In this document: positions 28,715 through 37,550 of the stretch, in pieces
How the letters are laid out: every line of letters starts with the position of its first letter
Position numbering within the stretch: position 1 is the stretch's first letter
Assembly: GCA_007117735.1 (NCBI GenBank)
Contig: SKGA01000002.1
Coordinates: 1-42,744, forward strand
Direction: 5' to 3'
Source: Candidatus Woesearchaeota archaeon
Lineage (GTDB): Archaea; Nanobdellota; Nanobdellia; Woesearchaeales; SKGA01
Length of the DNA stretch: 42,744 nucleotides
The notes under the pieces: generated by a model
Told to the model about the DNA's origin: nothing
Seen by the model: the letters and a program-made list of their open reading frames with translations, nothing else
Database searches by the model: none
Translations under genes and position numbers: made by a program

Positions 28715-29056
28715 TTACTCCTTTATTTGTAAGTGTGTTTTTGCTTGCTTAAGAACTCCTGAGACGTTTATACTTTGTATAGTTACTTGTTCTTTTGCAA
28801 GTGTTGTAATTAAGACAAAACATGCTTTAATATGATCAACTGCTGTGTGGTTGACTTTTAAAATTCCTCTTTTTCCTTCATACTTTACTGGCATGATTCC
28901 TGCTTGACTTGCAAGAAACACTCCTAGTAAGTCTTTTAGTTTTTGTACGAGTTGTTCTTGAAGGCGGTTCATTGGTTGTGTAGAGCCTTGAACTTCATAA
29001 ACGATGTATCGTTTTTTTTCTCGCCAACTAGGTCGAAGAGCTTTTGTTTTTAACAT
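28715..29056 (-). CDS. rnp2: RNase P protein component 2 (Pop5/Rpp14)
   Basis: LRPSWREKKRYIV and VSGVLKQA motifs; synteny with psmA. Confidence 0.9.
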   Translation of the reverse strand: MLKTKALRPSWREKKRYIVYEVQGSTQPMNRLQEQLVQKLKDLLGVFLASQAGIMPVKYEGKRGILKVNHTAVDHIKACFVLITTLAKEQVTIQSINVSGVLKQAKTHLQIKE

Positions 29057-29229
29057 GTTTGTTCTTAAGTATTCTTTAAGAGAAGTTATTCTTATCTTTT
29101 TATTGTAATCTTATCTTTTTCTTCTCTGTATACTGGGTAACGAATATTTAGATATATATAAATATGTTGGTTTTCATCAGTTATTCACTCTCCACAAGGT
29201 ATAAAAAGACTCTCTCATTCTCTTTTTTT

Positions 29230-30144
29230 ATGTTTTGGATACTTTTCTTTCGAATGATCGCTCTTGCAAGTTTATACGGCGGTCAGGCTGTTACTCAAGG
29301 AGTAATGATGCGAGGAGCTTCTTCTTTTGCAGTAAGTATTCAAACAACTAAGGGTATTGAAACAAAAGTTTTTCCTTATAGTACTGCTCGATTACGTTAT
29401 TCGTTCCTTAACTGGCCGTTTATTCGAGGAATTGTTGCCTTTGTCGAAGCGCTTCATATAGGGTATACATCTCTAATTCATGCTTCGACTGTTGTTTCTC
29501 AAGATGATGAAGATGAAACTCCTCTTTCTTGGACGGTGTTAGCTGGAATGGTTGTAGTGAGCTTGGCGTTAGGTCTTTTTTTGTTTAAATTTGTACCGTT
29601 ATGGTTGACTGCGCTTGCAGATAGTTCTTTACACTTTCCTTCCTGGTTGTTTAATCTTATTGATGGGATTTTAACGCTTCTTATTTTTGTGTTTTATCTC
29701 TATATTATTGGTCGGAGTAAAGATATTCAAGAAGTATTTCGATATCATGGAGGTGAACATAAGGTCATTAATTGTTTAGAAAATAATAAATCTTTGAGTA
29801 TTAAAAATATTCTTTCACAATCTCAAGTTCATTTGCGATGCGGAACAACTTTCTTGTTTGTTGTCTTTTTTATTAGTATTTTCTTATACGTCTTTATCCC
29901 TAAGGATTTGCCTTTCTTTGTTAATTTAGGATTGCGAATAGGTCTTCTTCCTCTTATCGCAAGCATTTCTTTTGAATTACAACAATTTATTGCTCGGATT
30001 CAACATCCTTTATTCACGTGGATTCTTCTTCCTGGTTTGGCATTACAATCCTTAACTGTTCTTACGCCTCAGCCTAAGCATGCGAGAGTTGCAAAAGCAG
30101 CTTTACAAGCAGTTATTGATTCTGAGAAAAATGAGCAAACGTAG
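29230..30144 (+). CDS. DUF1385 family membrane protein
   Basis: GGQAV..GVMMR, PFIRG, FRYHGGEHK, H.RCGT.F; start uncertain (29230 or 29254). Confidence 0.85.
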   Translation: MFWILFFRMIALASLYGGQAVTQGVMMRGASSFAVSIQTTKGIETKVFPYSTARLRYSFLNWPFIRGIVAFVEALHIGYTSLIHASTVVSQDDEDETPLSWTVLAGMVVVSLALGLFLFKFVPLWLTALADSSLHFPSWLFNLIDGILTLLIFVFYLYIIGRSKDIQEVFRYHGGEHKVINCLENNKSLSIKNILSQSQVHLRCGTTFLFVVFFISIFLYVFIPKDLPFFVNLGLRIGLLPLIASISFELQQFIARIQHPLFTWILLPGLALQSLTVLTPQPKHARVAKAALQAVIDSEKNEQT

Positions 30145-30484
30145 ATTCTAATTCTTTTTTAGTAATGTATTCTTCTAACTTCCACTGGTTCACTTGATCT
30201 TTTACTTGCTGGAATTGTTGTTTAGAAATGCTTTGTTTTAAAAGAGCAGCTGTTTTTTTAATATTATCTTTAACTGTTAGTATTAATTCTTCCATTTCTT
30301 CCAGTTCTTGTTTTATTTTTTCGTGTTCTATCGCGTATGTTCGTTCTTGTTCTATTAGCCTTGCTCGAATTTTTCTCTCTTCACCTTTTAGGCTATAGCT
30401 TGTTTTTTTTAATAATTCAACACGGTGTATCATTTCTTGCACGATGTTCTGTTCAGACTGTACTTTTTGTTTTTCTTCAACCAC
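30113..30484 (-). CDS. Hypothetical coiled-coil protein
   Basis: E/K/Q-rich heptad pattern, no recognised motif. Confidence 0.6.
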   Translation of the reverse strand: MVEEKQKVQSEQNIVQEMIHRVELLKKTSYSLKGEERKIRARLIEQERTYAIEHEKIKQELEEMEELILTVKDNIKKTAALLKQSISKQQFQQVKDQVNQWKLEEYITKKELESTFAHFSQNQ

Positions 30485-30613
30485 GTTTTCTCACTATGGC
30501 CTCAATCATTTATATATTTCGTTGTTTCTCGCAGGTACTAACAAAATCTTTTTATGTTCTTTTCTTTCTGTACGTTTTATGGTGTTTTTCGTTTTTTATG
30601 AGGTTGATCTCTT

Positions 30614-31069
30614 GTGATCACTACTTCTTCTACTTTTCCATCTGCTCCTTATTCTTACTCTCTTGATGTATTTGTATTTTGTTCTGTTTTTCTAAAACAC
30701 CGAGGAGCGGTTCGAAAAAAACTTGGTATTGATCGACCTTCCTTTTCTTCAAAACATCTTATTGAACAATTGTATGCTCAAGCAAATGAAGATTCAGATA
30801 AATTTTTGGAACAATATGAACAAGAACAACAAGGTGAAACGTCTCCTTCTCTGGAGGAATATGATTCATTTAAAGAAACAATCGCTCAGTTACGAGAAAC
30901 CTATGCACGAGTTCTTTCCGCTATGAAGGAAGGTCTTCATTTTGAAGCAAAAAAACACTATAATGAACTTGTTTTTTATTATGATCGATTGCCCACGTAT
31001 GCCTTACAACTTCGCTGGAAAGGGGTACTTGCTCATTTATACAAATCTCTCCAAGAGCGCAATCTTTAA
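30614..31069 (+). CDS. Hypothetical protein with helical C-terminus
   Basis: 151-aa ORF filling the gap, GAGGTTGA upstream of GTG; start uncertain. Confidence 0.5.
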   Translation: MITTSSTFPSAPYSYSLDVFVFCSVFLKHRGAVRKKLGIDRPSFSSKHLIEQLYAQANEDSDKFLEQYEQEQQGETSPSLEEYDSFKETIAQLRETYARVLSAMKEGLHFEAKKHYNELVFYYDRLPTYALQLRWKGVLAHLYKSLQERNL

Positions 31070-31096
31070 ATGGTTGGGTTTGTTTGTTTTTGAATA

Positions 31097-32026
31097 ATGG
31101 ATCGTGTACATCTTCTTCAATTACTTGTTCTTGCTCGAGTAACGCAACAAACATACACTCTTTCCACTTCTTTAGATCTTGCCCAGCGAAACGAACTTCT
31201 TGCTCTTGCAAAATATACTGGTTCTTCTCTTCAATGTACTGATGATCATGTTATTATTACTCCTTTAGATGCTCCTCTTGTTCGTTCATTCACGCTCCAA
31301 CTCCCTAAATGGCTTACTTTTCACGATGCACTTTTGTCTTTTTTTCCTCTTCTTCTTTTCTCTAACACTACTTTACAAATTACTTTTCAGGGAAAGTTAT
31401 ATGATTCTATAACTCCTTTTTCTGTCTATCAGGGCTTATTTCGATTTTTCTCACCGTATTTTTTCTCCACCTCTATTGATCATGCCGATTTATCTTTTGA
31501 AGATGCGTCAGTAACTTTTTCTTGTCATAGTAAGGGTTTTCTTCATCAGAACACTCCTTCTTTTACCTTAGAAGAGCAGCCTGAGCGGTCACATGCACTT
31601 ATCGAGCTTATCGCCCCCACTCTCCGAGAATTAGAATCGTTTGAGAAATTACTGCGTCTTCATTGTTCTCGAGAACAACTCTCAGTTCGAGTACTTACTC
31701 GATTAGGTGACTTTTATTCGTCATCTGCATTATTTTTTTACGGTACTGCTCGAGGATTTGATGTTGCTCGTCCTTGGATTTTGTCAGATGTTGAGGTCTC
31801 GTCTTCTTCTTTTTTCACCCCTGTTTTCAAATTTGATGAACGCCTTTTTTTTCAAGAGTTTTTCCTTGTCGCGTTAGCACTTGTTGGCGGTTCACTCCCT
31901 TTACAAGACGAAGTGCCTTGGTATGCTTCATTTCTAGATGTCGATTTTGAGCTTTTTGCTTCAGGAATTCGTTCGCAAGGACTCTCTTCTTCTCTTATCG
32001 AGTGTGTTGATATTGATACGCTTTAG
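31097..32026 (+). CDS. Degenerate RNA 3'-terminal phosphate cyclase (RtcA)-like protein
   Basis: Collinear resemblance to RtcA blocks (LLQLLVLARVTQQ, FFPLLLFSNTTLQITFQG, FLVALALVGG, FLDVDF); catalytic motifs absent. Confidence 0.5.
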   Translation: MDRVHLLQLLVLARVTQQTYTLSTSLDLAQRNELLALAKYTGSSLQCTDDHVIITPLDAPLVRSFTLQLPKWLTFHDALLSFFPLLLFSNTTLQITFQGKLYDSITPFSVYQGLFRFFSPYFFSTSIDHADLSFEDASVTFSCHSKGFLHQNTPSFTLEEQPERSHALIELIAPTLRELESFEKLLRLHCSREQLSVRVLTRLGDFYSSSALFFYGTARGFDVARPWILSDVEVSSSSFFTPVFKFDERLFFQEFFLVALALVGGSLPLQDEVPWYASFLDVDFELFASGIRSQGLSSSLIECVDIDTL

Positions 32027-32089
32027 GGCGTTAACTTTATAAATCATGGTTAACTTCTTTCTTCTATATTTAATTACGAGGAATATACT

Positions 32090-32380
32090 ATGGAACAATT
32101 ATCACGTCCGCTTGATGCGCTAAACAAATCTCGAGGAAAACGAGTTATTGTAGATTTAAAAAATGGCTGGAGATACGTAGGTATTTTACATGCATTTGAC
32201 ATTCATATTAATACAGTTTTGCAAGATGCGGAAGAATATGAACCAACTAATAAAAAAATTATTACTGCAGTAAGCGACACTGTTTCAGAAGAAGTAATTT
32301 CCAGTGATAAAGAATTAAAACGAAAATTAGGAACTGTCTTTTTACGAGGAGACACCATTACTAATATTTCAGTACAATAA
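32090..32380 (+). CDS. Sm-like archaeal protein (SmAP1/Lsm)
   Basis: RPLDAL, G.L.AFD.HIN.VL.DAEE, FLRGDTI; upstream of rpl37e. Confidence 0.93.
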   Translation: MEQLSRPLDALNKSRGKRVIVDLKNGWRYVGILHAFDIHINTVLQDAEEYEPTNKKIITAVSDTVSEEVISSDKELKRKLGTVFLRGDTITNISVQ

Positions 32381-32393
32381 ACGAGGGTAACAA

Positions 32394-32555
32394 ATGGGAA
32401 CAGGAACAGCAGCAATGGGAAAACGAAGTGGGAAAAAATCTCATATTCCTTGTCGACGATGTGGTAAGCATACTTTTCACGTACGACATAAAGTTTGTTC
32501 AAGTTGTGGTTTTGGAAAATCTGCTAAACTTCGAAGCTATAATTGGACAAAATAA
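32394..32555 (+). CDS. rpl37e: 50S ribosomal protein L37e (not in ORF track)
   Basis: Manual translation [53 protein letters not shown]. Confidence 0.95.
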   Translation: MGTGTAAMGKRSGKKSHIPCRRCGKHTFHVRHKVCSSCGFGKSAKLRSYNWTK

Positions 32556-32603
32556 TTCTTTTTTCTCGAAAAGTATATAAATTGGGTGTGGGTGTATACT
32601 ACT

Positions 32604-33233
32604 ATGATTTCATTTTTTAAAAATTTTTTTAAACGATTTTTTGCTAAAAAGAAAGATATAAAATTTGGTCTTTACGGTCCTCCAAATGGCGGTAAGACTA
32701 CTCTTGCGAATAAAATTTGTGAAGATTGGCTCGGTGAAAAAGATGCTATGGGTTCGGCTAGTGCCATGGCACATGAAACTCGAGAGATTAAGATTAAAGA
32801 ACAAGTTATTATTAAAGGTTCAAATAATCGAGAGCTTACTTTTAATTTAGTTGATACGCCTGGTATTGCAACAAAAATTGATTATGAGGAGTTTGTTCAA
32901 GAAGGTATGGCTGAGGATGAAGCGAAAAATCGAGCGAAAGAAGCGACAAAAGGTGTTATTAGTGCTATTAAATGGTTAGATGATATGGACGCAGTTATTG
33001 TTGTTCTTGATTCTACGAAAGATCCTTATTCTCAAGTTAATATTACTATCGTTGGTAATTTAGAAGCTCGAAAAATTCCTGTTTTAGTAGTTGCAAACAA
33101 AGTTGATATGAAAAAATCAGATATTAAAAAAATTCAAGCAGCATTTCCTCAGTATAAGGTTCAAGGAATTAGTGCAAAAACTGGAAAAAATATGGACAAA
33201 TTCTACGATGCATTATTTGAGGTGACAAAGTAA
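32604..33233 (+). CDS. oapA: Small GTPase OapA/ArvA
   Basis: GPPNGGKTT, HETR, DTPG, NKVD, ISAK; EATKGVISAIKWL and DPYSQVN signatures. Confidence 0.88.
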   Translation: MISFFKNFFKRFFAKKKDIKFGLYGPPNGGKTTLANKICEDWLGEKDAMGSASAMAHETREIKIKEQVIIKGSNNRELTFNLVDTPGIATKIDYEEFVQEGMAEDEAKNRAKEATKGVISAIKWLDDMDAVIVVLDSTKDPYSQVNITIVGNLEARKIPVLVVANKVDMKKSDIKKIQAAFPQYKVQGISAKTGKNMDKFYDALFEVTK

Positions 33234-33613
33234 TGTCATTAACTTTACAGTTTATTCCTTATAGTAGAATTGAAGATTTAACGAGTTATCAACGAATTGA
33301 TTTACTTCTTGATCTTGTTAAAAATGATCAAATTCTTGTTCTTGAAGGTCGACTTCGAAGTGAAGAAGAAGCAGAACTTATTCAGCAGACTATGGCAAGT
33401 ATTGATAAAAAGTTTACTGGAATCGAGTTATCTGTCGTGTATCCTGAAAAGAAAAATGTTGACTTTTTTAGAAGATTACATCAACAGTTAGTAAATATTA
33501 TTTTAGGTGATCGACGAGGATTAACTATTATTGGTCCAGCTAATATTGTTAAAGAAATTAAACAAGATCCTGAAAAGATTCAATTGTTTACTAAAGAGAA
33601 GAGAAAACGATAA
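33233..33613 (+). CDS. oapB: DUF2073 protein OapB/ArvB
   Basis: ILVLEGRL..EEEAELIQ.TM, F.GIE, GLTIIGPA. Confidence 0.88.
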   Translation: MSLTLQFIPYSRIEDLTSYQRIDLLLDLVKNDQILVLEGRLRSEEEAELIQQTMASIDKKFTGIELSVVYPEKKNVDFFRRLHQQLVNIILGDRRGLTIIGPANIVKEIKQDPEKIQLFTKEKRKR

Positions 33614-33614
33614 A

Positions 33615-34007
33615 ATGCCACACCAATGCGTATCTTGCGGAGCTTTCTATGAAGATGGTGCTCATGAAATTCTTAGTGGTTGTTCTGTTTGTGGAGGAAA
33701 ATTATTCTTTTTCGTGAAAAAAGATCGACTTGAAGAGTTAAAACAAGAAAAGCCTAAATTATTTTCTCTTTCAGATGATGATAAGAAACAAATTGAACAA
33801 GATGTGTATGATATTCTTGGTGAAGAAGTTGATCGAGACAAGCCAATCGTTCTTGATATTGAAAGTATTAAAATTCTCCGACCAGGCAAGTATGAGCTTG
33901 ATCTGGTGAACTTATTTAAGAAAAAACAACCGCTTATTTACAAGCTTGATGATGGGAAGTATATGATTGATGTTGTTGAGTCTTTGAAGAAAATGCGTGA
34001 GAAGTAG
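33615..34007 (+). CDS. oapC: Zn-ribbon DUF2072 protein OapC/ArvC
   Basis: MPHQCVSCG..ILSGCSVCGGKLF, IESI.ILRPGKYELDL. Confidence 0.88.
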   Translation: MPHQCVSCGAFYEDGAHEILSGCSVCGGKLFFFVKKDRLEELKQEKPKLFSLSDDDKKQIEQDVYDILGEEVDRDKPIVLDIESIKILRPGKYELDLVNLFKKKQPLIYKLDDGKYMIDVVESLKKMREK

Positions 34008-34051
34008 GTTGTTAAAAACCTTTTTAAACTCTCTTTTCTTTTCTTTTTCTT

Positions 34052-34822
34052 ATGAATCTTGTTGATGTACACGCTCATTTGGACATGCCTCCTGTTATTG
34101 ACCATATTGAAGAGGTTGTTTCTCGAGCAAAAGCAGCCGGTGTTGGTGTTATTATCGCAAACGGTGTCAATCCTTCTTCTAACCGCATGGTTCTTGATTT
34201 AGCAAAAAAATATGATATTATTAAACCTGCACTTGGTTTATATCCAACAGACACTCATCATTTATCTCTTGAAGAAATTCAACAAGAAATTGATTTTATC
34301 GCTTCTCAGAGTAATATTATTGCATTTGGAGAGGTAGGTCTTGATAAGAAGTGGAGTGAGGAAGATAAGAAACGAGCTGATGAATTATTCGAACATCAGA
34401 AAAAAGCATTCACTCTTTGTATTAAAAAAAGTATGGAGCTTGATATTCCTCTTATTATTCATTCTCGAAAAGCAGAATTAGAAGTTATTGAGCTTCTTGA
34501 AGAATTAGGCGCAAAAAAAGTTGTGATGCATTGTTTTATGGGAAAGAAAAAATATGTAGAGCGAATACAAAAGAATAAATGGTATTTTTCAATCCCTTGT
34601 ATTGTCTCAAAATTGAACCAGTTACAGTATATGGTTCAAACAACGCCTCTTTCCCGCTTATTATTAGAAACAGATGCGCCTTTTTTAGGTGTTGATGTAG
34701 ACTCTTTTAACGAATCTGCACGTATTCGAGAGTCTGTTGAGATTATTGCTCGTATTAAAGGGTTAACTGTCCAAGAAACTGCTGATCAACTCTTTATGAA
34801 TTACCAACGTCTTTTTCAGTAA
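34052..34822 (+). CDS. tatD: TatD family nuclease
   Basis: DVHAHL, GEVGLD, IHSR, MHCF, LETDAP. Confidence 0.93.
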   Translation: MNLVDVHAHLDMPPVIDHIEEVVSRAKAAGVGVIIANGVNPSSNRMVLDLAKKYDIIKPALGLYPTDTHHLSLEEIQQEIDFIASQSNIIAFGEVGLDKKWSEEDKKRADELFEHQKKAFTLCIKKSMELDIPLIIHSRKAELEVIELLEELGAKKVVMHCFMGKKKYVERIQKNKWYFSIPCIVSKLNQLQYMVQTTPLSRLLLETDAPFLGVDVDSFNESARIRESVEIIARIKGLTVQETADQLFMNYQRLFQ

Positions 34823-34864
34823 TGTATCGTTAAGTATTTATACGAGTTTTTCTTTAGTGATGGT

Positions 34865-35041
34865 ATGGTCGTTATAACAATTGATACGCAAAAAGATAGT
34901 TCTCAAGATATTAAGAAAATTATTTCTTATTTACAAACGCTTATTAGCGAAGAACCTTCTTTTTCACAGCAAACATCCTCAGTTCAACCTGAGTCTGATG
35001 ATTCTTCCCAAGAAGATTTCTTTAATGTAATGCAGTATTAA
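34865..35041 (+). CDS. 58-aa hypothetical protein (not in ORF track)
   Basis: MVVITIDTQKDSSQDIKKIISYLQTLI..FFNVMQY; TATA-like TATTTATA about 23 nt upstream; stop 1 nt before the archease ATG. Confidence 0.7.
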   Translation: MVVITIDTQKDSSQDIKKIISYLQTLISEEPSFSQQTSSVQPESDDSSQEDFFNVMQY

Positions 35042-35042
35042 A

Positions 35043-35468
35043 ATGGGTTCAATATCATTTCAACCACATACTGCCGATGAGAAATTCACTGTTCAAGCAA
35101 CAAGTTTAGAAGACGCTTTTTTAACTGCACTACAAGCTTGTTCATATATTGTTCTTGGTGAAGGGGATTTAGCACGTCCCGTTTTTCGTAAACCTTTTCG
35201 AATAACTGCAACCCATCTTCGAGGATTATTATATGATTTTCTTAACGAAATGATTGCTTTACTTGATGAAGAGTCTAGGATTTATTCGCATGTTGAGAAT
35301 CTTTCTTTTTCACAACAAGGAGCTGAACACGTTCTTGAAGGAGTTTTTCTTGGAGATGACGCTTCTTTGTACGAGTTTGAGACTGTTATTAAAAACATGA
35401 CGTATAGTGAAATGGAAATTCTTCAAGATGAGGACGGTGTTTCTCTTACTGTTGTTGTAGATATTTAA
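35043..35468 (+). CDS. Archease
   Basis: HTAD, LLYDFLNE, IK.MTY, terminal VVDI; adjacent to rtcB. Confidence 0.9.
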   Translation: MGSISFQPHTADEKFTVQATSLEDAFLTALQACSYIVLGEGDLARPVFRKPFRITATHLRGLLYDFLNEMIALLDEESRIYSHVENLSFSQQGAEHVLEGVFLGDDASLYEFETVIKNMTYSEMEILQDEDGVSLTVVVDI

Positions 35469-35519
35469 TTTGATGTTTTTGTCCTAATATTTATATAGTT
35501 CTTTGGAGTTGTTGTTCTT

Positions 35520-36944
35520 ATGAATCCTCAAAAAATAAATGACTACTCTTTTCTTATTGAACCTACAGGTTCAATGCTTGTTCCTTTGAAAATCTTCGCT
35601 TCAGATTTGTTGTTAGAACAAATGCTTACTGATAAATGCATTCAACAAGGAATGAATGTTGCTTGTTTGCCAGGAATTCAAGGATGGAGTATTATGATGC
35701 CTGACGCACATCAAGGTTATGGATTTTCTATTGGCGGCGTGGCTGCCTTTGATATGTCTTCAGGGGTGATTAGTCCTGGAGGAATTGGTTTTGATATTAA
35801 TTGCGGGGTTCGCGTTGTTGCAACGTCTTTACAGAAACAAGATCTAGAAGGAAAAATGCCTGCTTTGTTAGATGCATTATTTCAAGCAGTACCCTCTGGA
35901 ATGGGAACGGATAGTACATGGTTATTAACAGATGATGAACTTGAAGCAATTCTTTCAAGAGGAGCTCCTTATCTGGTAGAACAAGGAATTGGTTCTCAAC
36001 AAGACCTTGATTGTTGTGAAGAAGGAGGATTTATCGAGGGCGCGAATTCTTCATTTGTTCCTCGAAGAGCAAAATCTCGAGGAAGAAAACAGATTGGCAC
36101 ACTTGGTTCTGGCAATCATTTTTTAGAAGTGCAATACGCTCATGAGATCTTTGATAAGGAGACTGCAACTCGCTTTGGCATTACTTCACCAGATCAGGTT
36201 GTACTTATGATTCATTGCGGTTCTCGAGGTTTAGGACATGAGGTTGCAAGTCATTTTTTAAGACGAATGGAAGAGGAATATCCTGAGCTAGTTGCTGCTT
36301 TACCTGAGAAAGACCTCGCTTACGCTCCTTTAGATAGCGTTTTAGGTAAAGAGTATTACGGCGCGATGTGTGCTGCAGCAAATTTTGCGTTTGCAAATCG
36401 ACATTATATCGCTCATAAAGCACATCTTATTTTTCAAGAGTTCTTTGAAGGCGTGACGTTTCATACGGTGTATGACGTAGCGCATAATATTGCTAAGCGA
36501 GAGACTCATGTTGTTGATGGTGAACATAAAGAGGTGATGGTACATCGAAAAGGTGCTACTCGAGCTTTCGGTCCTGGTCGAAAAGAGTTACCTGAAGTGT
36601 ATCAAGAGACTGGCCAGCCTGTCCTTATTCCCGGAAGTATGGGGACGTCCTCTTATGTTTTAGTAGGCACGCAGGATTCTATGGAGAAAAGTTTTGGAAG
36701 TACTGCTCACGGTGCTGGTCGATGTATGAGTCGATATCAAGCAAAACAAGAGTTTGATGGTCCTCAATTACAGAAAGATCTTCTTGGTCAGAATATTCAT
36801 CTTAAAACGGGTTCTTTGCGAGGAGTTGCTGATGAAGCGCCTGGCGCGTATAAAGATGTTGATGAAGTCGTTCGGGTTAGTGACCTCGCAGGTATTGGAA
36901 AAGTTGTTGTGAAACTGAAGCCTTTAGGTGTTATTAAGGGTTAG
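35520..36944 (+). CDS. rtcB: RNA-splicing/repair ligase RtcB
   Basis: MPDAHQGYG, DINCG, GSGNHF, HCGSRG, DVAHN, HRKGA, HGAGR, AYK. Confidence 0.97.
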   Translation: MNPQKINDYSFLIEPTGSMLVPLKIFASDLLLEQMLTDKCIQQGMNVACLPGIQGWSIMMPDAHQGYGFSIGGVAAFDMSSGVISPGGIGFDINCGVRVVATSLQKQDLEGKMPALLDALFQAVPSGMGTDSTWLLTDDELEAILSRGAPYLVEQGIGSQQDLDCCEEGGFIEGANSSFVPRRAKSRGRKQIGTLGSGNHFLEVQYAHEIFDKETATRFGITSPDQVVLMIHCGSRGLGHEVASHFLRRMEEEYPELVAALPEKDLAYAPLDSVLGKEYYGAMCAAANFAFANRHYIAHKAHLIFQEFFEGVTFHTVYDVAHNIAKRETHVVDGEHKEVMVHRKGATRAFGPGRKELPEVYQETGQPVLIPGSMGTSSYVLVGTQDSMEKSFGSTAHGAGRCMSRYQAKQEFDGPQLQKDLLGQNIHLKTGSLRGVADEAPGAYKDVDEVVRVSDLAGIGKVVVKLKPLGVIKG

Positions 36945-36949
36945 TTGAG

Positions 36950-36988
36950 AAGAAAAAATAAAGACTCTTTCCGGGGGAGGAAAGAGTC
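36950..36988 (-). terminator. Hairpin plus U-rich tail between convergent rtcB and microprotein operon
   Basis: 10-bp perfect stem GACTCTTTCC/GGAAAGAGTC (36963-36988), 6-nt loop, T-rich run after it on the minus strand. Confidence 0.65.
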
Positions 36989-37018
36989 CTTTGTGTTCGA
37001 GGTGTGCGTCGTGGGGCT

Positions 37019-37132
37019 TTAGAGTGAGTTTTTTATTTGCGTCTGCTCATAATAAAACTCGTTGAGAAAGTCAATTCGGTCTTTATAGGTTCTCCAACCG
37101 ACAAATTGTTTTGTTTGCTTTTTAAAAAACAT
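37019..37132 (-). CDS. Microprotein C (37 aa)
   Basis: MFFKKQTKQFVGWRTYKDRIDFLNEFYYEQTQIKNSL; GGAGGT SD 8 nt before ATG. Confidence 0.6.
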   Translation of the reverse strand: MFFKKQTKQFVGWRTYKDRIDFLNEFYYEQTQIKNSL

Positions 37133-37265
37133 GTTCTTTTACCTCCTGTGAATATAGATATTGTTCAATTTGCTCTGTTTCTTCCTCGAGGATGAGTCCT
37201 GCTTGAGAAAGCATTGAGCTAATGTGTTTAGGGTATAATTGATAATTACTTTCTTCAAACTTCAT
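37122..37265 (-). CDS. Microprotein B (47 aa)
   Basis: MKFEESNYQLYPKHISSMLSQAGLILEEETEQIEQYLYSQEVKEHVF; GGGTGA SD; ATGA overlap with A. Confidence 0.6.
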   Translation of the reverse strand: MKFEESNYQLYPKHISSMLSQAGLILEEETEQIEQYLYSQEVKEHVF

Positions 37266-37375
37266 GGTTTCACCCATCCGTCTGAAAACTGGTAGTCATA
37301 ACTACGAGTTGCTGTCTTTAGGGTTAAGTCCTTTATTTGCTTGAAAAATAGTTGTTCTATGTATTTGGTGTCCAT
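37262..37375 (-). CDS. Microprotein A (37 aa)
   Basis: MDTKYIEQLFFKQIKDLTLKTATRSYDYQFSDGWVKP; GAGGTG SD 7 nt before ATG; TTTATAAA at 37411-37418. Confidence 0.6.
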   Translation of the reverse strand: MDTKYIEQLFFKQIKDLTLKTATRSYDYQFSDGWVKP

Positions 37376-37550
37376 GTGTTTTCACCTCACTACTTTTTGG
37401 GGTTGATTGGTTTATAAAGTTGGCAAGCGTTTGTCCAGTGAGTCTTTTCTTCTTCTTTGCATTGACCATCTTTCTTTTCCTCCTTTTTTTTCTTGTCTAG
37501 TGTCTTTGGAGAACACAATGCTTAAAAACCAGTTCTTGTTTGAAAAAGGT

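Noticed and set aside
29057-29229. TCTTATCTTTT direct repeats upstream of rnp2
   Set aside because: Low-complexity pyrimidine sequence in a divergent promoter; not distinguishable from chance.
32556-34051. Replication origin beside the oap operon
   Set aside because: No cdc6/orc1, no ORB repeats, no sizeable intergenic gap and no visible skew switch.
37407-37550. N-terminal extension of DNA ligase
   Set aside because: It is promoter DNA for the divergent units; ligase homology begins at ATG 37551.
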